From Bdellovibrionota bacterium (GTDB lineage Bacteria > Bdellovibrionota_C > UBA2361 > JAAYZI01): DNA of 64,000 nucleotides. Of this stretch, positions 1 to 11,216 are shown piece by piece. The position numbers and the translations under genes are program-made. The stretch lies in the NCBI GenBank assembly GCA_050950765.1, contig JBMNIF010000002.1, forward strand, positions 800,001 to 864,000, read 5' to 3'. The notes below the pieces were generated by a model, which was not told the origin of the DNA, did no database searches, and saw only the letters and a list, made by a program, of their open reading frames with translations. Position 1 is the first letter of the stretch, and every line of letters begins with the position of its first letter.

Positions 1-2827
1 TGCTAGCTAGAGTGCCTGCTGCCAAAGCAACTTCATTTTCCGTATCTTCGCTTAAGGCGCAGTTTGATGATATGGTTACCTTTTCACTAAAAGTTGTGAG
101 TGTTTCATTCTCTTCATTTTCAGCTGTGATCTGAATATAAAAAGGCACTCCCGCCTCCTGTGCTCCTATGGCAGTGCCGGAGATAGCAGTTCGTATTGAA
201 AAATGATCCAGAGGAGCATCTATCATGATAGGTTTGGCAGTACTTGTTACACCGTGAGAGTAAACGGTAATAAGAGCGGGACCGATAGGGATAGCTGGCG
301 GAACCGTTAAAGTATAGTAAGTAGTATCACTCCATGGACTTGATGGATTTGGTGTTAAGAAAGTTCGATAATCTTTATGTAGTAAACTACGGACCTGTGC
401 TAGAGGATAGTTGGTAGCAGAGGTATTGTTACCAGAGCCACTTGCTTCTGAACTTCCGATAAAATTTTCTCCGCTAAGATTTACCCTTAATCCGTTAAGA
501 AGCGTAGAGGTAGTAATGATTGGTCGTTGAGAGTTGCTGGAAAGGTAATTTGCTTGGAAAAATTCAACACTGTTATTAGCTGCTATGGTAGTGAGGTTCC
601 AGCCGCCTAATAAAACGATGCTATTATGTGGAGAAAAGTGTGCGGTGTGTGCACTCTTCGTAGCTGAAAGGCTTGGTCCTGCTGAAAAATCTTCTGCAAG
701 TGGATCAAAGATTTCGGTGCTTTTAAGAGCAGCGCTATCGCTACTCTGTCCACCTATAACCACTACACGTCCATCAGGAAGGAGTGTAGCAGTGTGTCCA
801 TCTCGTGCGTTTGTTAAAGTTTCTGTGACTGTTGTCCAAGAAGTTCCGTTATAAATTTCAGCAGAGTTAAGCCTGCCCGAGCTGTTTTTTCCACCGATCA
901 ATAAAAGGGTATCGTTTAAAAGTGTAGTTGCTGAGTGATTGGTTCTAGCAACTTGTATGGCAGAAGATGTCCAAAGATCATCAGTTGGATTGTAATCTTC
1001 GGCATTCGATAGATATGTATCTGTTGTAGTATTGTAGCCACCTGCTACCAGCACATGACCGTTAGAAAGTAGCGTTGTAGTGTGACCGTAACGAGCGGTA
1101 TTTAAAGAACCACTTTCTTGCCAACTATCTGTGATGTAGTCATACAGTTGTGTGACATCAGATTCTATGGCAGCAGGAGTTATGGCGCTTTGTCCACCGA
1201 CAATTAAGACTTTGTTGGAATCTAGAAGGATAGCGGAGTGTTTGGTTCTTGCGGTACCGTTAACTGTTGATTCTAAGCCGCTACAACTCTCCCAAGTGTT
1301 GTTGTTGGGATTGTATATTTCAGCAGAGCTTAAAAGAGTACCGTTTAAATCGCTTTCACCACCAACAGCCAAGACCCTACCATCAGGCAAAAGGGTTAAG
1401 GTGTGATTTTGGCGTGGGCTTAACATATCTGCCACGGCTGTGGATTTTGTTAAGGCTGTATCATAAATTTCAGAAGAGGTAAGGACTGTGCCGGAAGCGT
1501 TCCTACCACCACTTAATAAGATCTTGCCGTTAGCAAGAAGTACAGAAGCGTGATTTAGTCGAGGTGCCTTTAGACGTTGCTCTGATGATGCGATATTCGT
1601 TTCATCACTTAAGTAACGTAGCCGCTCTGCAACAGCTAGGGGTGTACCGTTATCACCTCCAACCGTTAAAAGGGTACCATCAGGCAGAACGGTCAAAGTC
1701 AGATTGCTGCGCGCTTGGCTTAGAGTTGTATCCGCTAGCAACGTCCATCTGTTTTGAGACGGTGTATAAATTTCTGCGTTATCGAGGTAAGGAGCCGTTG
1801 CATTTTCTCCACCGAGTACGATTATCCTACCATTTGGTAAGAGTGTAGCAGCGTGATATTTACGGTCGTTGTTTACCTCTCCTGCTTCGCTCCAACTTCC
1901 TAAGCCGCTTGAGGGGGTGTAGATCTCACTCCATTGATAATTTCCGACAACAACGACTTTACCGTTAGGAAGTGTTGTGGCGGTGTGTCCTGATCTCGGA
2001 AGTTGAAGAGATGCTCCCGCAGACCAGCAATCGCTGATCGGATCGTAAATCTCTGTTGAATCAAGATCGTTCCCTTCTGAATCTTCTCCGCCGCAGACCA
2101 AGACCCTACCATCAGTAAGTAGTGTAGCAGTATGCTTCTCCCTACTGGTGGAGAGCTCTGCCGATTGCCCATCTTCCGGTAGTGGACAGGTCGTTCCTGA
2201 AAAACGTTTCTGATTCGGGTTGTAGATCTCAGTAGCTTGGCTATCCAGTCCGCCACAGATAAGAACAGTACCGTTTTTTAAGAGTGTCATGGTGTGGCTC
2301 GCTCTCGGGATCGCCATACTGTTATTTGTTGCAAGCCAAGAGCCTGTTCTAGGATTGTAGATCTCAGCACTACTTAAAGCTGAACCTGAATAGCCGAGAC
2401 CACCACTAATAAGAACATCACCCGTTTTTAGTAGTAATGCGGCGTGATTCTTTCTGGCAGTACTTATGGGAGCACCTGCTGTCCAACTATTTGTAGAGGG
2501 CGAGTATAATAGAGTTGTGTTAAGCACAGTTCCGAAATTATCAACTCCACCTACTACTAAAACTTCCCCTGAAGGGAGGAGGGTGGCACTATGAGCACTC
2601 CGTTCGCCGATAGCTCCAGTAGAAAACCATTTTGAGAGGTTGATCGTTTCAGCACTACATATCTGATTATTTGCAAAGATCGTAAGGAGTGTAAAAAGGA
2701 GACTTAAAAAGAGGTTATAAAGGTGAGGTCTAAATTTAAAGTCGATCTTTATTGTTGCGAAACTAAGATATCTCTCTGCTATTTTGCAGCGATCGACTGA
2801 TTTTGAATATCTTCTTAATAGAAACAT
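1..2827 (-). CDS. Large secreted Kelch-repeat (beta-propeller) protein with downstream Ig-like domains; 3' end runs off the window
   Basis: Absent from the ORF track (no stop in window). Partial manual translation from ATG 2827 (AAGGT upstream) gives MFLLRRYSK, a hydrophobic signal-like stretch, about 14 Kelch units (RxxHTATLLxxGxVLvvGG...E.Y.P....W), then a beta-rich region (ATNYPLAQVRSL...YTLTVP). First and last repeats are in the same frame. Confidence 0.85.
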   Translation of the reverse strand, partial: MFLLRRYSKSVDRCKIAERYLSFATIKIDFKFRPHLYNLFLSLLFTLLTIFANNQICSAETINLSKWFSTGAIGERSAHSATLLPSGEVLVVGGVDNFGTVLNTTLLYSPSTNSWTAGAPISTARKNHAALLLKTGDVLISGGLGYSGSALSSAEIYNPRTGSWLATNNSMAIPRASHTMTLLKNGTVLICGGLDSQATEIYNPNQKRFSGTTCPLPEDGQSAELSTSREKHTATLLTDGRVLVCGGEDSEGNDLDSTEIYDPISDCWSAGASLQLPRSGHTATTLPNGKVVVVGNYQWSEIYTPSSGLGSWSEAGEVNNDRKYHAATLLPNGRIIVLGGENATAPYLDNAEIYTPSQNRWTLLADTTLSQARSNLTLTVLPDGTLLTVGGDNGTPLAVAERLRYLSDETNIASSEQRLKAPRLNHASVLLANGKILLSGGRNASGTVLTSSEIYDTALTKSTAVADMLSPRQNHTLTLLPDGRVLAVGGESDLNGTLLSSAEIYNPNNNTWESCSGLESTVNGTARTKHSAILLDSNKVLIVGGQSAITPAAIESDVTQLYDYITDSWQESGSLNTARYGHTTTLLSNGHVLVAGGYNTTTDTYLSNAEDYNPTDDLWTSSAIQVARTNHSATTLLNDTLLLIGGKNSSGRLNSAEIYNGTSWTTVTETLTNARDGHTATLLPDGRVVVIGGQSSDSAALKSTEIFDPLAEDFSAGPSLSATKSAHTAHFSPHNSIVLLGGWNLTTIAANNSVEFFQANYLSSNSQRPIITTSTLLNGLRVNLSGENFIGSSEASGSGNNTSATNYPLAQVRSLLHKDYRTFLTPNPSSPWSDTTYYTLTVPPAIPIGPALITVYSHGVTSTAKPIMIDAPLDHFSIRTAISGTAIGAQEAGVPFYIQITAENEENETLTTFSEKVTISSNCALSEDTENEVALAAGTLAS

Positions 2828-3094
2828 TACACTACCTTAAAAATGGCAACTTACTGATTTTTTAGAGTCCTTTCCCCTTTTTTTAGGGGGAATACAGGAC
2901 ATACTGTTTAAGATGCGGCTTTTGACTTTTAGGATTCGAAAGCAGCGCAGATAAGGTAGGATGATAGATTTTGCATAGAGGATCTGAGACCTTAGTCTTA
3001 ATGTAAAAAGACACTAGCGTAATCAAGGTCTTAGCAATAACCTTACTATGCAAATTTTTGCATACCTTCTTTATTTTTTTGAATCAAAGGGATC

Positions 3095-4036
3095 ATGATC
3101 GATTTAGTGGATATATTTATTATTTTGTTCGGCTTGATTATCGGTAGTTTTTTAACTGTCTGTATCTATCGTATCCCGTACGGTAGAGAAAAGGGTCCAG
3201 GGAGTTTTTTAGATACTAGTGAAGAAGTAGAAGAGGGAAGTGAAGATCTCACACCACCTGATTCTGAAGAGATAAATCTCACTACTCCCAAACGCTCGTT
3301 CTGCCCGAACTGTAAAAATCAACTTAAGTGGTATCACAACATCCCCCTTTTTAGTTGGATCTTTTTACGTGGTAAGTGTGCTTATTGTCATGCGCGTATC
3401 CCTTTCAGGTATCCGTTAGTTGAGATCTTGTCGGCGCTATTCTGTTATCTCTCCTTTCAGATGATGCCGGACTTACAAACTGCACTTCTGATCTATACGT
3501 TGTGTTGTGCCTTAATTGTGATTAGTTTTATCGATATCGATTACTATATTATTCCGAATGTAATTAGCATTCCAGGGATCTGGCTTGCGATAATAATTGT
3601 CTCTGCTAACTATTTTTTCGTAAGAGCACATTTTATTAAGACTCCCTTTTTTGCTGCTCCTGTGGCGGCCACTTTGCAAGAAGGGTTTTATGGATTCTTA
3701 GCAGGAGGTGGTTTGCTTTACGTTTTAGCAAAGACGTTTGTAATTTTACGAAAAAAAGAGGGGTTGGGTTTCGGTGATGTGAAGTTGATGTCACTGGTAG
3801 GGATTCTGCTCGGACCAGAAGGTGCTATCTATGCTATTATGGTTGGATCTATCTTCGGTTCTGTCTTCGGTATTGTGCAACTACTTTTTCAAGGAAAAAA
3901 ATTAGGATATCCGTTACCTTTCGGACCATACTTAGCACTCGGTACGGTTTTATACCTTTTTACAGATCCGGAAATTCCGATTAATATCTTACACTCTATT
4001 ACGGGAAGTATAGCAACCGCTATTTGGGGAAGTTAG
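3095..4036 (+). CDS. pilD: Type IV prepilin peptidase / N-methyltransferase
   Basis: GSFLTVCIYRIP, CPNC...WYHNIPLFSW...RGKCAYC zinc motifs, IDID and GFGD catalytic Asp motifs, PFGPYL. Has an acidic insertion after the first TM. Confidence 0.93.
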   Translation: MIDLVDIFIILFGLIIGSFLTVCIYRIPYGREKGPGSFLDTSEEVEEGSEDLTPPDSEEINLTTPKRSFCPNCKNQLKWYHNIPLFSWIFLRGKCAYCHARIPFRYPLVEILSALFCYLSFQMMPDLQTALLIYTLCCALIVISFIDIDYYIIPNVISIPGIWLAIIIVSANYFFVRAHFIKTPFFAAPVAATLQEGFYGFLAGGGLLYVLAKTFVILRKKEGLGFGDVKLMSLVGILLGPEGAIYAIMVGSIFGSVFGIVQLLFQGKKLGYPLPFGPYLALGTVLYLFTDPEIPINILHSITGSIATAIWGS

Positions 4037-4041
4037 TGAAG

Positions 4042-5439
4042 ATGGCGGAAGAACCTTTATATAGTGAAAATGGTTGCTCTGTTTTGTTGGTAGGTAGTGA
4101 TCGAGAGCTACTAGAAAATACAGCAGCTGCTTTAGATGCTTGCGGGTATCGTGCCAAGTGTTACTTTGATGGTCTTGAAGCGTTAACAGTATTAGAAAAC
4201 GAAAGGTACGACTTTATAGTTTGTGATGAAGAGTTGCCACGCATAGATGTAGAAGCTTTTATCAGATCGTGTAAGAAGAGCTCTCCTGAAACTTTTTTAA
4301 TTGTTTTAACTGCCAACGGTGATGAAGAGTGGATCTTGTCTGGTATCTTGGGAGGGGTATATGAGTACCTTTCTAAACCACCTTCATTTGATGAATTGTT
4401 ACTATTACTGCGTAAGATAGAATCACGTGAATTCGCTACGGGAGTGACAGTAGGTGATGTTCGTGATTTCGGTGTTTCAGGGATCGTAGCAAAAAGCCCT
4501 GCTATGTTGCAGATCTTTGAAACGGTGCGTAGGCTAGCAAACTTCAACACTACTGTTTTAATTCGTGGCGAATCAGGAACGGGAAAGGAGCTTTTAGCAC
4601 GTGCCATACACGATAACTCTGCACGTAGGAGTAAACCTTTTGTAGCGATAAATTGCGGAGCCATTCCTGAGAACTTGATAGAGTCTGAACTGTTTGGGCA
4701 TATACGTGGAGCTTTTACAGATGCAACTCGTGATAAGGTAGGACTCTTTGAAGAGGCAAATGGAGGTACTGTCTTTCTTGATGAAATAGGAGAGATGCCG
4801 TTACAGTTGCAGGTAAAAATTTTAAGGGTTTTGCAAGAACATCAGATTCAAGCTGTGGGTGATACGCGGGTGCGTTCGATTGATGTGCGCGTTATTGCAG
4901 CAACGTTACGTAATCTAGAAGATGATGTGGCAGTAGGGCGTTTTAGGGAAGACCTCTTTTATCGTTTGAATGTTGTCTCACTTGAGATCCCGCCCTTACG
5001 AAAGCGTGTGGAGGATATCGAAGTTTTAGCTAGACACTTTATAAAAAAACATAATCGTAGGCTTGGTCTCAATATTCGTAGGATTAAACAAGATGCTTTA
5101 GAAGCTTTAAAAAGTTATTACTGGCGGGGCAATGTTCGAGAGTTGGAGAACTGTATTGAGCACGCTATGGTACTTAGTGAAAGTGGAGAGATAGATCTGG
5201 AGTCGTTACCAGATACCGTTAAAAATACCGAATCAAAAGGCAATTCATTCTTTAAGTTTTTAGCTTCCGGTAATTTGAGTATAAAACAGTGTAGTCGCGA
5301 ACTGGAAAAACAACTAATCATCAGTGCTCTCAAAAAAACAAAGGGAAATCGCACGCACGCTGCTAAAGTTCTGGAGATTAGTCATAGAGCTTTACTCTAT
5401 AAATTAAAAGAATACGGGCTTGAAAAAATCGGAAAATAA
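4042..5439 (+). CDS. NtrC/PilR-type sigma54-dependent response regulator
   Basis: Receiver domain, GESGTGKE, ESELFGH..GAFTDA, LDEIGE, WRGNVRELEN, Fis HTH. ATG 4042 preferred over TTG 4024. Confidence 0.9.
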   Translation: MAEEPLYSENGCSVLLVGSDRELLENTAAALDACGYRAKCYFDGLEALTVLENERYDFIVCDEELPRIDVEAFIRSCKKSSPETFLIVLTANGDEEWILSGILGGVYEYLSKPPSFDELLLLLRKIESREFATGVTVGDVRDFGVSGIVAKSPAMLQIFETVRRLANFNTTVLIRGESGTGKELLARAIHDNSARRSKPFVAINCGAIPENLIESELFGHIRGAFTDATRDKVGLFEEANGGTVFLDEIGEMPLQLQVKILRVLQEHQIQAVGDTRVRSIDVRVIAATLRNLEDDVAVGRFREDLFYRLNVVSLEIPPLRKRVEDIEVLARHFIKKHNRRLGLNIRRIKQDALEALKSYYWRGNVRELENCIEHAMVLSESGEIDLESLPDTVKNTESKGNSFFKFLASGNLSIKQCSRELEKQLIISALKKTKGNRTHAAKVLEISHRALLYKLKEYGLEKIGK

Positions 5440-5557
5440 CCCTTTTTACACTACTTGATTCCAAAATGGGGTCGGGTTAAAGTATCAGATTGAATCATAA
5501 AACTTACTCTAATTATTTGATATTTCTTGATAGTTTTTACCTTTTGTATGGTTGGTT

Positions 5558-8071
5558 ATGGAATCAGATCTCACTGTTTCAGTTGATATCGAACGTGAAA
5601 TGAAGCAGTCCTATATGGACTATGCCATGAGTGTGATTATCGGCAGAGCACTGCCAGATGTCAGAGATGGCATGAAGCCCGTACAGAGACGTGTCCTATT
5701 TGCAATGATGGGCGAAGGTCTTCTTTCAACGAAAAAAACATCAAAGTGCGCTGGTGTTGTGGGAGAGGTCTTGAAGAGGCTGCATCCGCACGGAGACTCC
5801 TCTGTTTATGATGCTCTTGTTCGCTTAGCACAGCCGTGGGCGATGCGTTATCCGTTAGTTGATGGGCAGGGTAATTTTGGTTCCATAGATGGAGATCCTG
5901 CAGCAGCTTACCGTTATACTGAATGTAGGATGACAGCACCTGCTGAGATGCTCTTAGAAGATTTAGATAAAGATGCTGTCGACTTCATGCCGAACTTTGA
6001 TGATACCTCACTTGAGCCAGTAGTGTTACCTGCGGCGTGGCCCAATCTTTTAGTTAATGGTACTGATGGTATCGCTGTCGGTATGGCGACTCATATTCCA
6101 CCGCATAACCTCAGTGAAGTTATTGAGGGTGCTATCGCACTAATAAAAGATCATAACATCACGGTTGACGACCTGATGCAGTACATCCCTGGACCAGACT
6201 TTCCAACAGGCGGCATCATCTACGGTCGTTCTGCTATCCGTAGGGCTTATGCGGAGGGGCGTGGCATCTTGAAAGTTTCTGCTAAGGCGCACGTTGAAAC
6301 ATTAAAAACAAAGACGCGTGAAGTTGAAGCGATAGTTGTTACTGAGATCCCTTTTCAGGTCAATAAAGCTAGATTGATTGAAAAGATAGCTTCCTTAGTG
6401 AATGACAAGACGATTGATGGGATCTCTCGTTTACGTGATGAGTCTGATAGGAAGGGTTTGCGTATTGTCATTGAGTTGAAGCGAGATGCTACTGCTAGCG
6501 TAGTGCTTAATCAGCTCTATAAATTAACACCGATGCAGACCAGCTTCGGAGTGATTAATTTAGCGATCGTGGCAGGTCGTCCGATGGTGCTCTCTCTAAA
6601 AGAGATCCTTGATAATTTTATCGGACACCGTAGAGATGTTGTTACAAGACGCACGCAGTTTTTACTTAAAAAAGCACAAGCTCGGATGCACATCTTAGAA
6701 GGGTTGTGTATCGTCTTATTACATATCGATGAAGCTATTCAGATTATTAAACAGTCAGAAACGGTTCAACTCGCTAGACAAGGTTTAATGTCTCGTTTTG
6801 ATCTTTCAGAAATACAAGCACAGGCGATCTTAGATCTCCGTTTACAGAAATTAACCGGACTTGAAAGGTTGGCGATTGAAAAAGAGCGTGATGATTTAGC
6901 TGTTGAAATCCAGCGCTTAAAGGATATCCTTTCTGATGCTTTAAAAGTTGATGGTGTCATTATTGATGAATTGCGTGCTTTGCAGGAGCGTTTCGGTGAT
7001 GCTAGACGTACAGAGATTCAAGAAGCTGAGACGGAAGATTATGAAGATGAAGATCTAATTGAAGTTGAAGATATGTGCGTTGTTGTTTCGCATAAAGGGT
7101 ACGCCAAGCGCACTCCTGTCACGGAGTTCCGTTCTCAAAGACGTGGTGGAAAAGGTGTAGCAGGAACTGCTGCAACGGATGATGATTTTACAGAGATGCT
7201 TTTTGTTGCTTCTACGCATGATGTGCTCTTAATCTTTACGACGGAAGGACGCTTATTGTGGTTGAAGGTATATCAAATTCCTGAAGCAGGACGCACCGCC
7301 AGAGGTCGAGCTCTGATCAATCTGTTAAACTTAAGAGAAAACGAAAAGGTTGCCGCCATTTTGCCGATCTCTGACTTTAATTCAGAAAGTCATGTTTTTA
7401 TGGCTACTAAGCAGGGATACGTTAAGAAGGTTAAACTCTCCGAGTTTAGCAGACCACGCAAGGGTGGCTTAATCGCTTGTGTACTAAATGATGGCGATCG
7501 CTTAATCGGTGTTGAGTTAACGGCAGCAGGTGATGATATTGTGTTAGCAACGAAGAACGGTATGTCGATTCGTTTCGAAGAGAGTGATGTTAGGGCGATG
7601 GGACGTGTTGCACGTGGAGTGCGTGGTATCCGTTTGGATGATGCGGATGAAGCGGTCGGCATGACGGTGGTGAGATCTGCTGAACATCTTGCTGCTATTG
7701 GAGAAGATCCTGCGGCTGAAAAAAGTTTATTAACTGTTTGTGAAAACGGATACGGTAAGAGAACTCTTTTCTCTGATTATAGGTGTCAGAAGCGTGCTGG
7801 AAAAGGTTTGATAGATATTCAAACAGGAGAGAGGAACGGACAGGTTGTCGGTGTTTGTGCTGTTGATGATAATAGTGGACTGATGCTTATCACCTCTGCT
7901 AGTAAGGTCATCCGTATTAGTGCTGAAGGGATCTCGGTGGTTGGACGCAATACGAAGGGAGTCAGACTTATTAACTTGGAAGAAGGCGAAAAAGTTTTGG
8001 CGATCGCTTTTATTGCAGATGATTCTTCTGATGAAAATGGTGATGAGGATGCAGAAGGGGAAGACGGGTAG
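5558..8071 (+). CDS. gyrA: DNA gyrase subunit A
   Basis: [16 protein letters not shown], catalytic AAYRYTE, GyrA-box QRRGGKG, acidic tail. Confidence 0.97.
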   Translation: MESDLTVSVDIEREMKQSYMDYAMSVIIGRALPDVRDGMKPVQRRVLFAMMGEGLLSTKKTSKCAGVVGEVLKRLHPHGDSSVYDALVRLAQPWAMRYPLVDGQGNFGSIDGDPAAAYRYTECRMTAPAEMLLEDLDKDAVDFMPNFDDTSLEPVVLPAAWPNLLVNGTDGIAVGMATHIPPHNLSEVIEGAIALIKDHNITVDDLMQYIPGPDFPTGGIIYGRSAIRRAYAEGRGILKVSAKAHVETLKTKTREVEAIVVTEIPFQVNKARLIEKIASLVNDKTIDGISRLRDESDRKGLRIVIELKRDATASVVLNQLYKLTPMQTSFGVINLAIVAGRPMVLSLKEILDNFIGHRRDVVTRRTQFLLKKAQARMHILEGLCIVLLHIDEAIQIIKQSETVQLARQGLMSRFDLSEIQAQAILDLRLQKLTGLERLAIEKERDDLAVEIQRLKDILSDALKVDGVIIDELRALQERFGDARRTEIQEAETEDYEDEDLIEVEDMCVVVSHKGYAKRTPVTEFRSQRRGGKGVAGTAATDDDFTEMLFVASTHDVLLIFTTEGRLLWLKVYQIPEAGRTARGRALINLLNLRENEKVAAILPISDFNSESHVFMATKQGYVKKVKLSEFSRPRKGGLIACVLNDGDRLIGVELTAAGDDIVLATKNGMSIRFEESDVRAMGRVARGVRGIRLDDADEAVGMTVVRSAEHLAAIGEDPAAEKSLLTVCENGYGKRTLFSDYRCQKRAGKGLIDIQTGERNGQVVGVCAVDDNSGLMLITSASKVIRISAEGISVVGRNTKGVRLINLEEGEKVLAIAFIADDSSDENGDEDAEGEDG

Positions 8072-8073
8072 TC

Positions 8074-8234
8074 TTTTCCATCTCCGAGAGGAGGAGGGGC
8101 AACGGCTGATTTATGGCGTTACCTTATTCAGTATCGGGAGGGAGGAAAAAAGTTTTTTCCATTTTCGAGAGAAGGAGGGCGACGGCTGATTTGAGGCGTT
8201 ACCTTATTCAGTATTGGGAAGGGGAGGAAAAAAA
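8074..8234. repeat. Two diverged ~80-bp tandem copies after gyrA
   Basis: ACGGCTGATTT..GGCGTTACCTTATTCAGTAT at 8102 and 8182. Confidence 0.85.
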
Positions 8235-8277
8235 CTTACTGTCTGTTTCCGAGACTTATTAGTGAAAGTGAAATCTT

Positions 8278-9261
8278 ATGCAGATAGGTGTATTAGGACT
8301 AGGAAATTGGGGAACGGCGCTAGCGCAACATCTGGCGGCAAAAGGTTATGATGTTATGGGCTGGAGTATTGAGCAGGAGGTTGTAAACTCGATCAATACA
8401 CAGCATCGCAATCAGAAGTACCTTAGTCATATTCGACTTTCAGAAAGGATAATAGCGACAACAGACCTTAACCGTGTGGCGGAAGCAGAGATTCATGTAT
8501 TAGTTCTACCCTCTGCTGCATTAGGTGAAGTCTTGCCGAAGATCGGAGATAAAGCAGGTCGACTTGTTATCAGTGCTATTAAGGGGCTAGATTCAAAAAC
8601 TTGCCGCACACCGTTACAGTGTGTAGTTGAACACCTCCCGCAGTCGCGGTGTGTTGTTATCTCTGGGCCAACTTTTGCTAAAGATATTGCTGCGCAGAAA
8701 CCGGCAGGGCTAGTAGCTGCTTCTGCTGATGAGGCTGCAGCTAAAGAGGCTACACTCTTATTTGCCAGTGATTGGATGAAGGTTTATGTCTGTTTAGATC
8801 CTTTAGGTGTTGAGCTAGGTGGAATTGTAAAAAATGTTATCGCCATCGCTGCTGGTGTTTCAGATGGTATGAATCTGGGAGATTCTGCACGAGCAGGTTT
8901 GATCACACGTGGTTTAGCAGAGATGATGCGTCTTGCTATCGCTATGAAAGCAGATCCACAAACTTTAGCTGGCTTATCTGGTCTTGGAGATCTAGTGCTG
9001 ACAGCAACGTGTGATAATAGCCGCAATAGAACGGTCGGATTGAGGCTAGGTAGAGGAGAAAAACTCCCTGATATTATAAGCTCTTTAGGTTCAGTTGCAG
9101 AGGGGGTACATACGGCACCACTTATTTTGAAACTCGCTGAAAAATACGGAGTGGAGATGCCGATCTCAGATCAAGTTAATCGTTTATTAAATGGCGAAAT
9201 TGATCCGCCGACGATGTTAAAGAATTTAATTACAAGACCGTTAAAGAAAGAGTTCTACTAA
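8278..9261 (+). CDS. gpsA: NAD(P)H-dependent glycerol-3-phosphate dehydrogenase
   Basis: GLGNWGTALA, SGPTFA, KNVIAIAAG, GLGDLVLT, SRN, AEG motifs. Confidence 0.96.
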   Translation: MQIGVLGLGNWGTALAQHLAAKGYDVMGWSIEQEVVNSINTQHRNQKYLSHIRLSERIIATTDLNRVAEAEIHVLVLPSAALGEVLPKIGDKAGRLVISAIKGLDSKTCRTPLQCVVEHLPQSRCVVISGPTFAKDIAAQKPAGLVAASADEAAAKEATLLFASDWMKVYVCLDPLGVELGGIVKNVIAIAAGVSDGMNLGDSARAGLITRGLAEMMRLAIAMKADPQTLAGLSGLGDLVLTATCDNSRNRTVGLRLGRGEKLPDIISSLGSVAEGVHTAPLILKLAEKYGVEMPISDQVNRLLNGEIDPPTMLKNLITRPLKKEFY

Positions 9262-9271
9262 AGTTTTTAAA

Positions 9272-10636
9272 TTAAGTATCTGCTAAAGTTCTGCGCAGAG
9301 TCGCTCTATCAATTTTAAGTGCTTTAGCGGCTTGAACCTGATTGCCGTTACATTTTAAAAGCGCCTCTTCAATCAATTTAATTTTAAATTTACGAATCCT
9401 ACTGTGAAAACTTTGATCTGAATCTGCCGTGATAGCTAGATCTGTTTTTATGCAGATATCATCAAGGGTGATAGCGGAACGTGCCTCATACTGCGCGCGA
9501 TAGGCAGCGCCTTCAATAACGGCTTCTAATTCGCGAACATTTCCCGGCCAATTATAGGCGCTTAAACAATCGATGGCTTTGTCGGCGATACTAAAGACAT
9601 TTAAATGTTCTGTGTCGCGCATCTTTTGTAAAATAGTATCAACTAAGAGGGGGATATCGCTTTTCCGTTTTCTTAGTGGTGGTATCTCAATAATAAAATG
9701 TGCAATGCGGTGATAGAAGTCGCTACGCACCTTACCGTTAGTGATACATTTTTGAATATCTTGATTGGTAGCTGTGATAAGACGCAGGTCTATTTCATGA
9801 GTTTTATCACTGCCGATAGGGCGAAACTTTTTATCTTGTAGCACTCCCAGTAGTGCAATCTGTGTTTCAAGAGGAACTTCATCGACTTCATCAAGAAAAA
9901 ATGTTCCCTTTGAAGCTTCAACGAGAAGTCCCAGACGGTCTCTCCCAGCACCAGTAAAAGAGCCTGCTATATGTCCGAAGAGATCGCTGTGCACCATGTC
10001 GGCGCTACCAAAGTGTGGTTGAAAGCGAACGAAATTATACTCTTTGCGTTTACTTAGTTTGTGAATTGCTGCTGCACAAACCCCTTTCCCTGTTCCCGTT
10101 TCTCCGATTAGGAGGACAGGTTGTGAGGTGTGTGCGGCGTATTGCACGGCATCGATGACTTTTTGCATCTCTTTAGAAGTGCCTGTGATTAAATTGTGCG
10201 CTTCTTTATCGGATTGATTCTTTAACATGGTTTGGTAGAGCCGTTTTAGTTGTGCTTGAGTAATGGCATCTTTGATGAGAGCTTTTAAATGAGGAATTTC
10301 GGCAGGTTTTTCAAGAAAATTTGAAGCTCCTAATTGCAAAGCTTTTATACCGTGCTCAAATCCGCCGTGTCCTGTTAGGATAATAATACGGCAGGAGGAG
10401 TCCTCATTTAATAACTGTTTTAATAGAGAGAATCCGGACTCAACGCCGCGATCTTGATCAAGACAGAGATCGAGGATGATTGCTTCAGGGGTGTATTTTT
10501 TTGCGCTTTCAAGTGCAGCGGGAATTTGTGTTACGCCGTGAATCTTTGCTTCCACTCCTGCACTTTTTAAAGCACGGCTTAAGGTAAGTACCACATCTTG
10601 ATCGTCATCAATGATAAGAACGTTAGCGCTATTCAT
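9272..10636 (-). CDS. NtrC-family sigma54-dependent response regulator
   Basis: Receiver (IIDDD, LDL), GETGTGK, GSFTGA, LDEVDE, WPGNVRELE, C-terminal HTH. Confidence 0.9.
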   Translation of the reverse strand: MNSANVLIIDDDQDVVLTLSRALKSAGVEAKIHGVTQIPAALESAKKYTPEAIILDLCLDQDRGVESGFSLLKQLLNEDSSCRIIILTGHGGFEHGIKALQLGASNFLEKPAEIPHLKALIKDAITQAQLKRLYQTMLKNQSDKEAHNLITGTSKEMQKVIDAVQYAAHTSQPVLLIGETGTGKGVCAAAIHKLSKRKEYNFVRFQPHFGSADMVHSDLFGHIAGSFTGAGRDRLGLLVEASKGTFFLDEVDEVPLETQIALLGVLQDKKFRPIGSDKTHEIDLRLITATNQDIQKCITNGKVRSDFYHRIAHFIIEIPPLRKRKSDIPLLVDTILQKMRDTEHLNVFSIADKAIDCLSAYNWPGNVRELEAVIEGAAYRAQYEARSAITLDDICIKTDLAITADSDQSFHSRIRKFKIKLIEEALLKCNGNQVQAAKALKIDRATLRRTLADT

Positions 10637-11216
10637 TTAACGGCACCTCAATAGTGATGCAGACAGTATCGGTGTGTTCGATCGTGATCTGTGCTGCGTG
10701 ATATTTTAGAGCTGTATCGAGTAGGGGCGGAGCAAAGGAGTCTAAGCCTAAAGTGTCGCAGTAGTATTCTGTAAATGATGAGAAGCGGTTGATTAAAAGG
10801 TTTTGAGTTGCAGGTGTCTGATAAGTCAGCCTTAATGAATTATTATTTAGAGAGAGTTCAGGCTTAATATTCGGATGTAGTACCTGAAGGAGTGCTAGAA
10901 GTGATCTAAAGATCTTAACGCTAGCTTTGATGTAAAGTTCGCTACTCTTCGCTAGACACGGTAACTCCAGAGCAGATAGAAACTCTTTAAGGGGGAGGGT
11001 TGAATAATCATCATCGTTTGGGAGTTGAATCAGTCGTAAAATTTGAGAGATGTCTTGGCACCGTTTTGGACTAAGTAGCTTTTCTTCGGGGGGAAAGCAG
11101 CTAAGCTCATTTGAGATAACGGAAAGGGGTGTGCGAATCTTATGCGCAAGTCCGCGGCTAAACGCCCTTAAGCGGTGGTAAGCAAACTTATCTTGTGCGG
11201 TAGGTCTTTTAATCAT
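10629..11216 (-). CDS. Small histidine-kinase-like protein: H-box only, degenerate ATPase domain
   Basis: GLAHKIRTPLSVI resembles the HisKA H-box; no recognisable N/G1/G2 boxes or TM; overlaps the regulator start by 8 bp. Confidence 0.55.
   Translation of the reverse strand: MIKRPTAQDKFAYHRLRAFSRGLAHKIRTPLSVISNELSCFPPEEKLLSPKRCQDISQILRLIQLPNDDDYSTLPLKEFLSALELPCLAKSSELYIKASVKIFRSLLALLQVLHPNIKPELSLNNNSLRLTYQTPATQNLLINRFSSFTEYYCDTLGLDSFAPPLLDTALKYHAAQITIEHTDTVCITIEVPLNE

Noticed and set aside
585..2256. Short ORFs at 585, 1152, 1267, 1564 and 1900
   Set aside because: Antisense or off-frame shadows of the Kelch gene; the same applies to the other short ORFs nested in long genes.
7920..8189. 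89-aa ORF overlapping the gyrA end
   Set aside because: Off-frame overlap running into the 80-bp duplication; no independent coding evidence.
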